Source: a virus (Duplodnaviria > Caudoviricetes). Taken from it: a stretch of 34,588 nucleotides of DNA. The first letter of the stretch is position 1, and the number at the start of each line of letters is the position of its first letter. The DNA lies in the IMG/VR virus record IMGVR_UViG_3300020043_002535, positions 1 through 34,588 of that record, one strand, 5' to 3'. Shown here piece by piece: positions 8,565-17,829 of the stretch. The notes under the pieces are model-generated. The model was given only the letters and a program-made list of their open reading frames with translations, had not been told where the DNA came from and did not search any database. A program made the translations under genes and the position numbers.

Positions 8565-9838
8565 GCTACACGCTAACTGAGACACAGACAGTTGCATTTG
8601 ACCAGGCGATTAGTGGCGAGAAGCGAGTAATTGTTTTCGGAGGCGCAATTCGAGGCGGCAAAACTTACTGGCTGCTGCTCACCATCAGTCATCTTGCACT
8701 GCACTATGGCGGATCCCGTTGGGTAATTATCCGCAAGAGCTTACCCGATCTAAAGCGAACAACCTTCCCAAGCTTCACCGGTCTGCTTGCCGATGGCTTA
8801 AACGCACATATCAAGAGTTGGAATCGAGACACCAATGTTGTGACATTCAACAACGGCAGTGAGCTGATCTTCATGGCGGAAAGCTTTGACGAGGACAAAG
8901 ACCTCAACCGCTTTCGTGGTCTCGAGGTAAACGGCGCAGGGCTCGATGAGGTTAACGAGCTGCAAGAGCCGACCTTCTACAAGGTGCAGGAGCGCATCGG
9001 CAGTTGGAACAAGGCCCATGGCAAGCCGCCAATCGTTTGCCTTGCCACTTGCAACCCTGCTAACAATTGGGTGAAGAGCATCATCTACGATCGCTATCGA
9101 GACAACAGTCTACCTGAGAAGTGGAGTTACATCCCGAGTAAGATCACAGATAATCCGCACATCCCTGCCGAGTACCTTGAGAGCTTGAAGGAACTTCCTC
9201 CGGTCCAGTATCAGCGTTTCGTGGAAGGCGATTGGGATATCCTCGATGACGTTGCTAATCCATTCCTTTACGAGTGGCAAGACGATAGGCACATCGATGA
9301 CAGTGTTGCACTTAATGGCAACATCCCGATCTTCATCTCAGTCGATTTCAACATCAATCCATTGTGCGCACTGGTCATCCAACAGCTGCCGAGGGGATGC
9401 GTGGTGGTTGATGAGATTAAGATTGAGAAGGGCAGCGTTGATGCGTTCTGCGATCACATCGAGCGCATGGGTATCCCAATGGGTCTATTGCGCATCACAG
9501 GCGATGCAATGGGCAAAGGTGGCACTGTGCAACAGCGCGACAACTCGAGTGCGTACACGCAGATTAAAAGGCGGTTGCACCTATCCGACTCGCAGATCAT
9601 CATCCCTGCCAATCCGACCCACTACAACAGCCGAATCGATTGCAACGCAGCACTCCGCAAGTTGGACATCAGAGCAAACTCGGTCAAGTGCAAGGGCTTC
9701 GTGTTCGATGCAAAGCAGGTCCAGTGCGATGCCAACGGCAGCATCATCAAGAGTAACAGAAGAATCTTATCTGAGCGTGCTGACTTCTTGGATTGTTTTC
9801 GTTACTTTGTAAACGCAATACTTAAACGATACCTATGA
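8561..9838 (+). CDS. terL: Terminase large subunit
   Basis: GGAIRGGKT, LDEVNE, ATCNP, SVDFN and DFLDCFRY motifs. Confidence 0.93.
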   Translation: MSYTLTETQTVAFDQAISGEKRVIVFGGAIRGGKTYWLLLTISHLALHYGGSRWVIIRKSLPDLKRTTFPSFTGLLADGLNAHIKSWNRDTNVVTFNNGSELIFMAESFDEDKDLNRFRGLEVNGAGLDEVNELQEPTFYKVQERIGSWNKAHGKPPIVCLATCNPANNWVKSIIYDRYRDNSLPEKWSYIPSKITDNPHIPAEYLESLKELPPVQYQRFVEGDWDILDDVANPFLYEWQDDRHIDDSVALNGNIPIFISVDFNINPLCALVIQQLPRGCVVVDEIKIEKGSVDAFCDHIERMGIPMGLLRITGDAMGKGGTVQQRDNSSAYTQIKRRLHLSDSQIIIPANPTHYNSRIDCNAALRKLDIRANSVKCKGFVFDAKQVQCDANGSIIKSNRRILSERADFLDCFRYFVNAILKRYL

Positions 9839-10173
9839 GCGTATGTTCACCATGTTATGATGCAGGAAGTTATGTGAACGCCTGCCTAACAGAGTTCAGC
9901 TTTGGAGTTGTTCCTGCTGATGACACAGATTACATTGTTTGGCTGCAACACAATGCAACCAAGAAGATAATGCAATTTGAAGCAACGAGTGATGCAGATG
10001 GCTACATCACCATCGAAGGCATTCAATTAGATCCACTTCAAGGATATACGATATGGGTTACAGAAAGCGCAGACTCTTACGTGCAGCAAGACATCACAGT
10101 CGATGGCGATACATACAAGTGCTTATCATTCTCGGCTGCTTCGGTTGGTCAAAGTCCTGTGGTCATTCCATGA
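9835..10173 (+). CDS. Hypothetical acidic beta-rich protein with N-terminal CxxC, possibly a virion protein
   Basis: Coupled by ATGA on both sides; begins MSVCSPC. Confidence 0.6.
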   Translation: MSVCSPCYDAGSYVNACLTEFSFGVVPADDTDYIVWLQHNATKKIMQFEATSDADGYITIEGIQLDPLQGYTIWVTESADSYVQQDITVDGDTYKCLSFSAASVGQSPVVIP

Positions 10174-10376
10174 GCAAGGTAAGAGCAATACTCGAGGGGT
10201 GGTGGTACTACCTAACGAGCAACAAGGCAAAGACGGAGATGAGTAAGCCGAGAACTGCAATCTGTTCGCTTTGCCAACATAAGGACAAGGTGCTCAACAC
10301 ATGCAATGCGTGCGGCTGCTTCCTTCCTGCGAAGACCAGAGTTGAGGATGCAGAGTGCCCATTTGGATACTGGTGA
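10170..10376 (+). CDS. Small Cys-rich metal-binding protein (DUF6171-like)
   Basis: R..IC..C...C..CGC....K......CP...W pattern; start at the ATGA overlap. Confidence 0.7.
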   Translation: MSKVRAILEGWWYYLTSNKAKTEMSKPRTAICSLCQHKDKVLNTCNACGCFLPAKTRVEDAECPFGYW

Positions 10377-10377
10377 C

Positions 10378-10635
10378 ATGGCAGGCTTCATCCATGTGCG
10401 CACGAAGTTGATTCAGTTCATGGATACTGAAGATGAGCAGCTGCAACAATTGACAGCCGAAGAAATGGGATACACCGACATCATTGTAAATGTCAATGAG
10501 ATTATGTACGTGTTTGATGACGGCCATAACACGATCATCAAGATGTCGAATGCCAACGAACTACAAGTAAAAGAATCAATACATGAAGTACATCAAAGAA
10601 TTAAAAGGACGACTGCGCTCTTTATTGGGCAATAA
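10378..10635 (+). CDS. Hypothetical protein with an FlbD-like C-terminal motif
   Basis: IIVNVNEIMYV...TIIKMSN...L.VKESIHEV. Confidence 0.55.
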   Translation: MAGFIHVRTKLIQFMDTEDEQLQQLTAEEMGYTDIIVNVNEIMYVFDDGHNTIIKMSNANELQVKESIHEVHQRIKRTTALFIGQ

Positions 10636-11209
10636 GAAGACAAAGCACAATCTCGTTGAGGTATTCACTCACGAAGGCCACACATACTATCGATTTCCGA
10701 AAGAAGTCAATCTACCACTGGAAAGGTTCTCAATGTCCATGTCATTGCTTGAGCGACTGAGCTCGGGAGTTAGCGGAGCGGAGATGGAGCTGATACTTAC
10801 CGAGATGGAGAAAGCACTTGGCGCAGGGCTAAGCAATCCAAAGAACGCGGCACTTATTGGCGCATATATACACGTGATACGTGAGCGGCAAGATACTGTG
10901 ATCCATCGCGACATCTTGCTGAACATTGCAGCGACCTGGTTGGTGCGAGATGATGAAGATCCGAACATTGTCAACAGCGACATACACAACTTTAAGCTTG
11001 AGTTATTCGAGCAGCTGAGCAAGGGAGGTGCGAAGGATTTTTTCTCAAGCTTGGGTATCGATCCGCTGATGCCCTTGTTAACTATGTCTCCAGAAGACTT
11101 TCAGACATTATGGGAGTACAACCTGGTACAGCAAAAAAATCTCAAAGAGTCATTGTTCCGGCTGAGTTCTCACCGAGAGCAAGGGCGCAAAAAGCTGGCG
11201 ACTACATGA
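10583..11209 (+). CDS. Putative tail assembly chaperone
   Basis: Helical protein upstream of the tape measure gene, followed by a short ORF in the -1 frame. Positional inference. Confidence 0.5.
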   Translation: MKYIKELKGRLRSLLGNKKTKHNLVEVFTHEGHTYYRFPKEVNLPLERFSMSMSLLERLSSGVSGAEMELILTEMEKALGAGLSNPKNAALIGAYIHVIRERQDTVIHRDILLNIAATWLVRDDEDPNIVNSDIHNFKLELFEQLSKGGAKDFFSSLGIDPLMPLLTMSPEDFQTLWEYNLVQQKNLKESLFRLSSHREQGRKKLATT

Positions 11210-11325
11210 GGGAGCAGGTGATGATTCTCAGTGGTGGCAGCGTTGTTGAATATAACGAGATGATGAGTGGTGATGTTGACTTTTATTTGCGTAAATTTGA
11301 GGCCAACATCAAAGCTCAGAAGTAA
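11206..11325 (+). CDS. 39-aa ORF or -1 frameshift extension of the chaperone (gpT-like)
   Basis: MREQVMILSGGSVVEYNEMM...; -1 frame relative to the 10583 ORF; its stop overlaps the TMP start (TAATG). Confidence 0.5.
   Translation: MREQVMILSGGSVVEYNEMMSGDVDFYLRKFEANIKAQK
11292..11299 (+). promoter_or_regulatory. Possible -7 element TAAATTTG before the tape measure gene
   Basis: Matches TAnnTTTG, 25 nt before ATG 11325, but lies inside coding sequence. Confidence 0.35.
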
Positions 11326-13568
11326 TGGCAACAGCTACTATTCAAGTCGCTTATGAAGCGGAAACATCCAGTCTCAAGGCGACAGTCAATGAGATCAATC
11401 AGATCAACGACAAGGTAGTACAAGGAGCACAGGAATCAGCAACCAAAGTCAAGGGATTCTTTAGCAACATTGCCAATTCATTTACGGCAGCATTCAGCGG
11501 CGGCGAGGTTAAGAAGACACTTGACAACCAAGCGAAGGCCATCGACAATCTGGGCAAGTCGGGCAAGAGCTTAACTGGTCAGCTAAGAGGATTGAAGCAG
11601 GAGCTCGCAGCACTTGAGACAGCAGGGCAAGATGGAACAGATGCTTTCAATAAGTTATTAATCTCAGCGGCAAAGCTTGAGGATCAGATAGGCGATACAA
11701 GAGATCGAGTGCGAATCCTTGCATCGGACACATTCAAGTTTGATGCTGCGGTAGGTGCAACACAAGCACTTGCTTCAGGCTTCGAGATTGCGCAAGGTGC
11801 AGCGGCATTGTTTGGATCAGAGAGTGAAGACTTGCAGAAGTCATTGCTTAAAGTACAGGCTGCCATCGCTGTTGCTAATGGAGTGCAGCAAGTGGCTGCA
11901 TTGGTGACTGAGCAGAGCGCAGTCAAGACGGCAGTGCTCACGGCGGCTCAAGCAACATACGCAACTGTGGTCGGAACATCAACAGGAGCATTGAAGGTAT
12001 TCCGCTTGGCATTGGCTGCGACAGGAGTCGGTGCACTTGTCATCGGTCTTGTTGCCTTGTATGAGAACTTCGATAAGGTTAAACAGTTTGCCTACAATGC
12101 CATCCCTGGTCTCGAGTCGTTTGCCAATGGAGTCAGCAAGGTTGTTGATTCAGCTAAGAAACTTATCGGCATCGAAGATCCAAAGAAGACAGAGGATAAG
12201 GTTGCTAAGCTGATTGAAGCAGAGACTAGACGAGTGCAAGCTCAAGAGGCAGCTATCACAAGACGCATCAACTTGCTTAAGGCGGAGAATAAAGATACGG
12301 CAGCACTTGAGATTCAGCGTGAGAAATTGCTTCTTGACTTCGCCAATAAAAAAGTGGCAGCGATTAAGCAAGCAAGTGCGGCAGCGGCAGCGGCAGGCAT
12401 CGACACTGGCAAAGTATTGTTTGACCTTTCGCAAGAGATATTGGATCGCGAGAATGCTATCCAAGTGCTAAGGATTCAGAATACAAGAACGACAATAAAA
12501 ACAATTGAAAATCTTGAGACACTTGCATTTAAAGGTACTGTTAGTCGTAAGGAAGAAGAATTAAAGTTGAATACAGAAGTATCAAATGCCAATCGTGACC
12601 GGTTGCAAAAAGATAATGCAGAGCGCATTGCAGTTCTTGACCTTGAAAAGTCAGTTAATGGTGAAAGCTTGGAGAATACTATTGACACTATTAAAGCAAA
12701 GGCAAAGGCTGAATCTGATGCACTTGGATTCAGTGAAGCTGATTCATTAAAGCGTCAGAAGATTAATGCTGATGCAGAGGTGGCAATAACTGCTGCAACA
12801 AAGGAAGAAACTATTAAGCGTATTGATTTAGCTCTTCAATATGCTGACCAGGTGGTTAAAATACTTGATTCATTAAAGCAAATTAGCCAAGATCAATCTG
12901 AGCAACGTATTGCAGATATTGAAGCAACAAGTGCAGTAGAACTTGAAGCAATAAACGCAAGTAGCGAACTTGAGCGCGACAAGGAAAGACAAAGAGCCGC
13001 ACTTGCAAAAAGAACGGCAGCAGCAATTTCAGCAGAGAAGACTAAGCAAGCTAAACAAGATAAAGCTCTTGCATTGTTTGAAATTGGTATTAATACTGCA
13101 AAGGGTATCATCTCAGCACTTGGAGCAACACCTCCAAATCCTGTACTCGCTGCTTTTATTGCAGCAGCAGGAGCTGTTCAATTAGCAGCTGTCGCAGCTA
13201 AGCCTATTCCTAAGTTTGAGAAGGGTGGATTGATTGGCGGCAAGTTGCACAGCCAAGGTGGAACATTGATTGAAGCGGAGCAAGGTGAGTACATGGTCAA
13301 CAGAAGACAAAGCGCAAAACATCGCAGAGAACTGGATGCAATGAATCACTCGACTGAAGCATTCCGCAAGATGATTGATGAGAAGTATGTGCGCCCTGCA
13401 TTGATGTCTTATTCAGCAGGAAGAAGAGGTAAAGAAGGTGTTGTTGTCAACGCATCGCTTAACAGCAAGAGCATGGAGAAAGAATTGAAAGGAATGCGCA
13501 AAGACTTGAAGGCTCGCAACGTAGTGGTGAACATTAACCAACAAGATTCAAGATACCAATGGCAGTAG
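11325..13568 (+). CDS. Tail tape measure protein
   Basis: Ala/Gln/Lys-rich coiled coil with hydrophobic segments (ALAATGVGALVIGLVAL) and C-terminal PKFEKGG.IGG..H.QGG..IEAE.GE. Confidence 0.88.
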   Translation: MATATIQVAYEAETSSLKATVNEINQINDKVVQGAQESATKVKGFFSNIANSFTAAFSGGEVKKTLDNQAKAIDNLGKSGKSLTGQLRGLKQELAALETAGQDGTDAFNKLLISAAKLEDQIGDTRDRVRILASDTFKFDAAVGATQALASGFEIAQGAAALFGSESEDLQKSLLKVQAAIAVANGVQQVAALVTEQSAVKTAVLTAAQATYATVVGTSTGALKVFRLALAATGVGALVIGLVALYENFDKVKQFAYNAIPGLESFANGVSKVVDSAKKLIGIEDPKKTEDKVAKLIEAETRRVQAQEAAITRRINLLKAENKDTAALEIQREKLLLDFANKKVAAIKQASAAAAAAGIDTGKVLFDLSQEILDRENAIQVLRIQNTRTTIKTIENLETLAFKGTVSRKEEELKLNTEVSNANRDRLQKDNAERIAVLDLEKSVNGESLENTIDTIKAKAKAESDALGFSEADSLKRQKINADAEVAITAATKEETIKRIDLALQYADQVVKILDSLKQISQDQSEQRIADIEATSAVELEAINASSELERDKERQRAALAKRTAAAISAEKTKQAKQDKALALFEIGINTAKGIISALGATPPNPVLAAFIAAAGAVQLAAVAAKPIPKFEKGGLIGGKLHSQGGTLIEAEQGEYMVNRRQSAKHRRELDAMNHSTEAFRKMIDEKYVRPALMSYSAGRRGKEGVVVNASLNSKSMEKELKGMRKDLKARNVVVNINQQDSRYQWQ

Positions 13569-15556
13569 ATATAAAGTTCATTATCGATGGAGCTGATAGA
13601 GGACAGCCTACAAATGCAGAAGACTTTAGCGTTAATGTCACTGAAGATAAGAATATTAATGCAAGGATAGTATCCTTTGATAATGACCTCACCTTTGTTG
13701 GGGGTGTTTATGATTATCTATTTAGCAAGTTAGATCAAAGAGGCTTTTGCAACTTGATCAATGTTGAGGTGCAATACGTATGCGCAGGAGTTTGGAAGCG
13801 ATTAACAAATGGATACATAATCTTAAGCGAATGCAACTTTCTTCTTGATAAGTGCCAGGTGAAAACTAAGCTGTATGATGAAAGCTTTAGCACAAAGATT
13901 AACAACAACAAAGCAATTCCATTCTCACTGAGCTGCACAATCACTAAGAACTTAGTTCCAGTAGTTCCGCCTACATTGATTAGAGGAAAGTTCTTTAACC
14001 CTGCTAATGGAGTTTATGGAGATGATATCTTTGGCAACACTGTCTATGATGCCTTTAATCATTTAATTACTTGCATGAGTGATGGTCAGATTGATTTTGC
14101 AAGTAGCTTCTTTGAATTTGATTTAAATTTCGATGGTAATTTCTTACTCATCACTAATGGAGAAGCAATAAGAGAAAGAGGATCAAGAGAGACAGTTGTA
14201 TCTTTTGAGGATTTATACTTGTCAATGCACAAGAAGTTCAATCTTGGAATGGTATTCGAGAAGCAAGCCAATGGCAGGCCATTGCTTCGTATTGAACTTG
14301 CAAGCTATTTCATACAACAAGGCGCAACAGTCAACCTTTATGATCAACCTAATATAAGTCTTGCATTTGATAGAGACCGTTTGTATTCAGCGGTAAACTT
14401 TGGCTCATCTCCAGTGTTGGAAAAGGAGGAGTGCACAGGAGGAGTTTGCACATTTACGCAGACACCATTTAGAGGATTTAGAGAGGAGACATTCGGTTTT
14501 ACTGGTGAATGTAACACAAGCACTGTGCTTGACTTAAGAACAAGCAAGATTGTATTCGACACAAACGTGATTGAAGATGTTTATAGGTTTAATGCAGAGG
14601 ACAGAAAGTTAGATCCTTTTATTATTCAATCATATTGGTTTGTTGATCAGCAGAGATATTATGCTCGGCAGTTTGATCCATACAGCACAGGACAAACAGT
14701 GTACAATGGTGAGCTTCGTAATATCTACGTTTCAAACAATTGGATAAGTGGATATCCTAATAGCTTGTATAGTTTTCTTGAAAGCAACACATTTCCAAAC
14801 AATCCATCTGTGAATGTTAGATCTGCTTATGACATTGCATCACTTCCATCGTTCCCTATTCAATTCACAATATTCAATTCATACTTTGAAGAGACAGGCA
14901 ACTACATAACATTCCCGACTAATGTACTTAATCCATATAACTATTTTTCTGGTGATAGTTACATAGTACCATTTGCAGGAGTTTATAGCTTTCAGCTTTC
15001 AGTAGTACTTGCAGGACTTGGTCCAGGATCAGCAGGAGAACATGAGGGCTATGCAAACTTATTGCACTTTTCAAGCAATGCCACACTAATAAATTCATAC
15101 ACAGGCACAGTTGAAATTGCTAACTCTTTTGATGCTTTTATTGTAACTGTTAATGCTTCATTTGTAGCTAATGAAGGAGATATCATCAGAGGAGATGTTT
15201 GGTGTAGGGCAGTGAGTGCAAACTTTGGTCCTCAAAGAATTGGCAACAGTATACCATCAATAAATCAATTCACTAAGTTATTCTGTACTGCTGAACCAAT
15301 TGCACCAAACAATCCTGATGAAGAACTTGATCCAGTTAACATCGATGATGTGCGTGCTTATATCTACTCATTCGAGCGACCATTGCGCATGGAGGAGATT
15401 GAGAACATCCTCGACAACACATCAAGGCCGATTAAGTTCGGGCAGTTCGATGATCCACTGCGAGTGATTGAGGGATACATCAACAAGGTAGACATTAAGA
15501 GCATCATCAAGCAAGATGCTTCCATAATACTTAAATCAAACAAGATACTTCGATGA
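13559..15556 (+). CDS. Tail tip/baseplate hub protein with an inserted C1q/TNF-like beta domain
   Basis: Follows the TMP; YIVPFAGVYSF motif in the AT-rich middle section. Confidence 0.6.
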   Translation: MAVDIKFIIDGADRGQPTNAEDFSVNVTEDKNINARIVSFDNDLTFVGGVYDYLFSKLDQRGFCNLINVEVQYVCAGVWKRLTNGYIILSECNFLLDKCQVKTKLYDESFSTKINNNKAIPFSLSCTITKNLVPVVPPTLIRGKFFNPANGVYGDDIFGNTVYDAFNHLITCMSDGQIDFASSFFEFDLNFDGNFLLITNGEAIRERGSRETVVSFEDLYLSMHKKFNLGMVFEKQANGRPLLRIELASYFIQQGATVNLYDQPNISLAFDRDRLYSAVNFGSSPVLEKEECTGGVCTFTQTPFRGFREETFGFTGECNTSTVLDLRTSKIVFDTNVIEDVYRFNAEDRKLDPFIIQSYWFVDQQRYYARQFDPYSTGQTVYNGELRNIYVSNNWISGYPNSLYSFLESNTFPNNPSVNVRSAYDIASLPSFPIQFTIFNSYFEETGNYITFPTNVLNPYNYFSGDSYIVPFAGVYSFQLSVVLAGLGPGSAGEHEGYANLLHFSSNATLINSYTGTVEIANSFDAFIVTVNASFVANEGDIIRGDVWCRAVSANFGPQRIGNSIPSINQFTKLFCTAEPIAPNNPDEELDPVNIDDVRAYIYSFERPLRMEEIENILDNTSRPIKFGQFDDPLRVIEGYINKVDIKSIIKQDASIILKSNKILR

Positions 15557-17208
15557 GCTTTACTTCCATACCGAATCAGCCTATTATCTTTACAAGCAGC
15601 ACTGCTGTTGATTGCCCAGGATGCGGCGGCGATTATAAGCAGCTGCTTGATTTTAATGACCAAGTATTCTTTCAAGTTGAGTCCACACCATGCGACTTAT
15701 CTGTGCTGTTTAATTGGGATGGTTTCACAGAAGGCTGGGGAACTAACATTGATAATGGTACAGTATGCAGCGATGATATTACAGAAAACGGGTATTATTC
15801 TTTATTCTTTCGAACTAACTTTATATATCAGCTGTATCAAGTAACATTCACTGTGCTCACATTGGATCAAGGCACATTGCTTGTAAACATCGAAGGAAGC
15901 AGTGAATATCAAATCACATTGCCTGGCACTTATACTTTATATTTTGACAATCCAACAATGATTGATATTAATAGTATCAGTCTAAACTTTTACACTGTGG
16001 GAGGCAATGGATGGGTTGGCTGCTTAAGCACTAACGGAATCAAAGTGTACGGCCTTGCATCATCAAATCAGATGAAGGTAGGAATCGTGGATGCGGTAAC
16101 ACTTGAGACAGTTGACTTAGTTGCTCCGCTTTATACTGTGAAGGATAACAAGATCACAGCTGCATTCGACTTGACAGATGTCGAGCTCGGTGAGGGTTGC
16201 TATCGATTAGCGATGACTGACTTCTGCACCAACACTTGCGGACAGAATTATGTTTACAATGGAGTCTTTAGAGATGCCAATGGAGTGGCAGGATGGGCAT
16301 CAAGTGGAACAGGAACCATTACATTAAGCGAAGCAGAAGCAGAGTTTAGCCTTGGTGCAGGAGAAGATGCTACAATTACGCAGAACATAAGCAATGACTT
16401 ATGCGATGGATTGCAATACTTTGTTAGCGTGTTCATCGAGTCACGTAGCAATGTGAAAATATTTGCAAAGATTGGAACTAATCAAGAAGAATTAAGTGGC
16501 ACTGGATACCAGACGGTGCTTATCACTGCTGATGGAAACAATCCACTTGAGATATTGGTAGAAGAGTTTGGCGGTGCTCCTGCTTCTGCCGTCATCAAAC
16601 TTGTTGAGATTCAGATTGAGGACACCGACATTCAATGGAATCAGTACAGCGACATCCTTAACATTGGCGACTTCAATGACGAGTGCAAGTATTTTAAGAT
16701 TGAAGGTTGCAATGCAGAGGATCAATTTAATCTTGCATTCGGTGGCAGCAGCTTCTTGCCTGCAATTAGATTGGAAGGCCGCAAGTTCAGAGCGCAGTAT
16801 ATTACTGAGGTGAACAATTTCCGCTTTGCTTCCGGCAAGTATCAGACTACTTATGTTGATCGCGAAAAGAAATGGACATTTGCTTTCGGCAGATTGCCTG
16901 AGTACGTGCTTGACTTCTTAAGCACCATCTTCTACTATGACAACTGCTATGTGAATGGAGACTTGTACTATGCAATCGATGGCGAGTTCCCAGACATCGA
17001 GTACAATGATGCAGATGAGCTTGGAGCATTAACCATCGACCTTGCATTAAAGTCATCTAAGGTGCGCAAGACGATATGCAGCAACACAGATGCAGATTGC
17101 TTGCCATCGATATTGGACAACAACGATGAGCCGTTCTTGTTGGCGCAGGATGACCAAAGATTAACAACTGAAAATTCTGTTAACTTATATCAAGAATTTA
17201 TTTTGTAA
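15553..17208 (+). CDS. Tail structural protein (distal-tail-like) with inserted beta-sandwich/CBM-like domains
   Basis: Position; acidic and beta-rich; NG.F......W pattern; C-terminal LLAQD..RLTTEN..NLYQE. Confidence 0.55.
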   Translation: MSFTSIPNQPIIFTSSTAVDCPGCGGDYKQLLDFNDQVFFQVESTPCDLSVLFNWDGFTEGWGTNIDNGTVCSDDITENGYYSLFFRTNFIYQLYQVTFTVLTLDQGTLLVNIEGSSEYQITLPGTYTLYFDNPTMIDINSISLNFYTVGGNGWVGCLSTNGIKVYGLASSNQMKVGIVDAVTLETVDLVAPLYTVKDNKITAAFDLTDVELGEGCYRLAMTDFCTNTCGQNYVYNGVFRDANGVAGWASSGTGTITLSEAEAEFSLGAGEDATITQNISNDLCDGLQYFVSVFIESRSNVKIFAKIGTNQEELSGTGYQTVLITADGNNPLEILVEEFGGAPASAVIKLVEIQIEDTDIQWNQYSDILNIGDFNDECKYFKIEGCNAEDQFNLAFGGSSFLPAIRLEGRKFRAQYITEVNNFRFASGKYQTTYVDREKKWTFAFGRLPEYVLDFLSTIFYYDNCYVNGDLYYAIDGEFPDIEYNDADELGALTIDLALKSSKVRKTICSNTDADCLPSILDNNDEPFLLAQDDQRLTTENSVNLYQEFIL

Positions 17209-17213
17209 CTTTG
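17206..17213 (+). promoter_or_regulatory. -7 element TAACTTTG for the tail-tube operon
   Basis: Matches TAnnTTTG at the start of an 81-nt intergenic gap. Confidence 0.6.
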
Positions 17214-17289
17214 CCAAACATAGAGACCAAGTAGGTGTATTGCCGCGACCTATCCAACAGCGAAACAACAATACAAACTTTTTTTACAA

Positions 17290-17829
17290 ATGGCCTGTGT
17301 ATCATATTGCGACACATCCTTGCTTGACCACAACCTGGTCAATTGCAACGAATATAAGCTTGGCGGAGTTTCCGCTATTATCGTAGGTGCTTGCGGAACA
17401 GAATTGGTTGATCCATCAGATTCAGTTGAGGTTGATGCCTTGCTATCGGCAGGCACTGCCAAGCTAATCAGCGACATCAGATTCGCGCTTCCTGCGGGCT
17501 CACCTATTACTGTCGATTCACCAATCGGATGCGGAACTTCAATCCGCATTAACGAAGATCGTACTGCAACTCTTTACGATGCTAACGTGACAGATGAGAA
17601 CAATACGTTCTGGAACGATGTAAACAATCGCCGTATCTCTTGGATACTTGCGTACATGTGCGACAGCGGAAAGGTGATCTACATCACTGCTCCTGTTGGA
17701 ATCACGACCTCTGCAAACTTCATCTTGCCTGAGCAGAACAACGAGCTTCAGCGTTATGAGGTGACCTTCTCTTGGAGAAACAAAGATATCCCTGCTCAAT
17801 ATGATGCTCCTGCCGGAGTATTCGCATAA
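17290..17829 (+). CDS. Putative major tail (tube) protein
   Basis: 179 aa, acidic and beta-rich, with its own promoter and leader; C...GGV..I N-terminus and YEVTFSW C-terminus. Confidence 0.55.
   Translation: MACVSYCDTSLLDHNLVNCNEYKLGGVSAIIVGACGTELVDPSDSVEVDALLSAGTAKLISDIRFALPAGSPITVDSPIGCGTSIRINEDRTATLYDANVTDENNTFWNDVNNRRISWILAYMCDSGKVIYITAPVGITTSANFILPEQNNELQRYEVTFSWRNKDIPAQYDAPAGVFA

Noticed and set aside
17221-17289. SAM-II/SAM-V riboswitch in the tail-tube or capsid leader
   Set aside because: Pseudoknot-like pairing is present, but I could not find the conserved ligand-binding nucleotides of those families.
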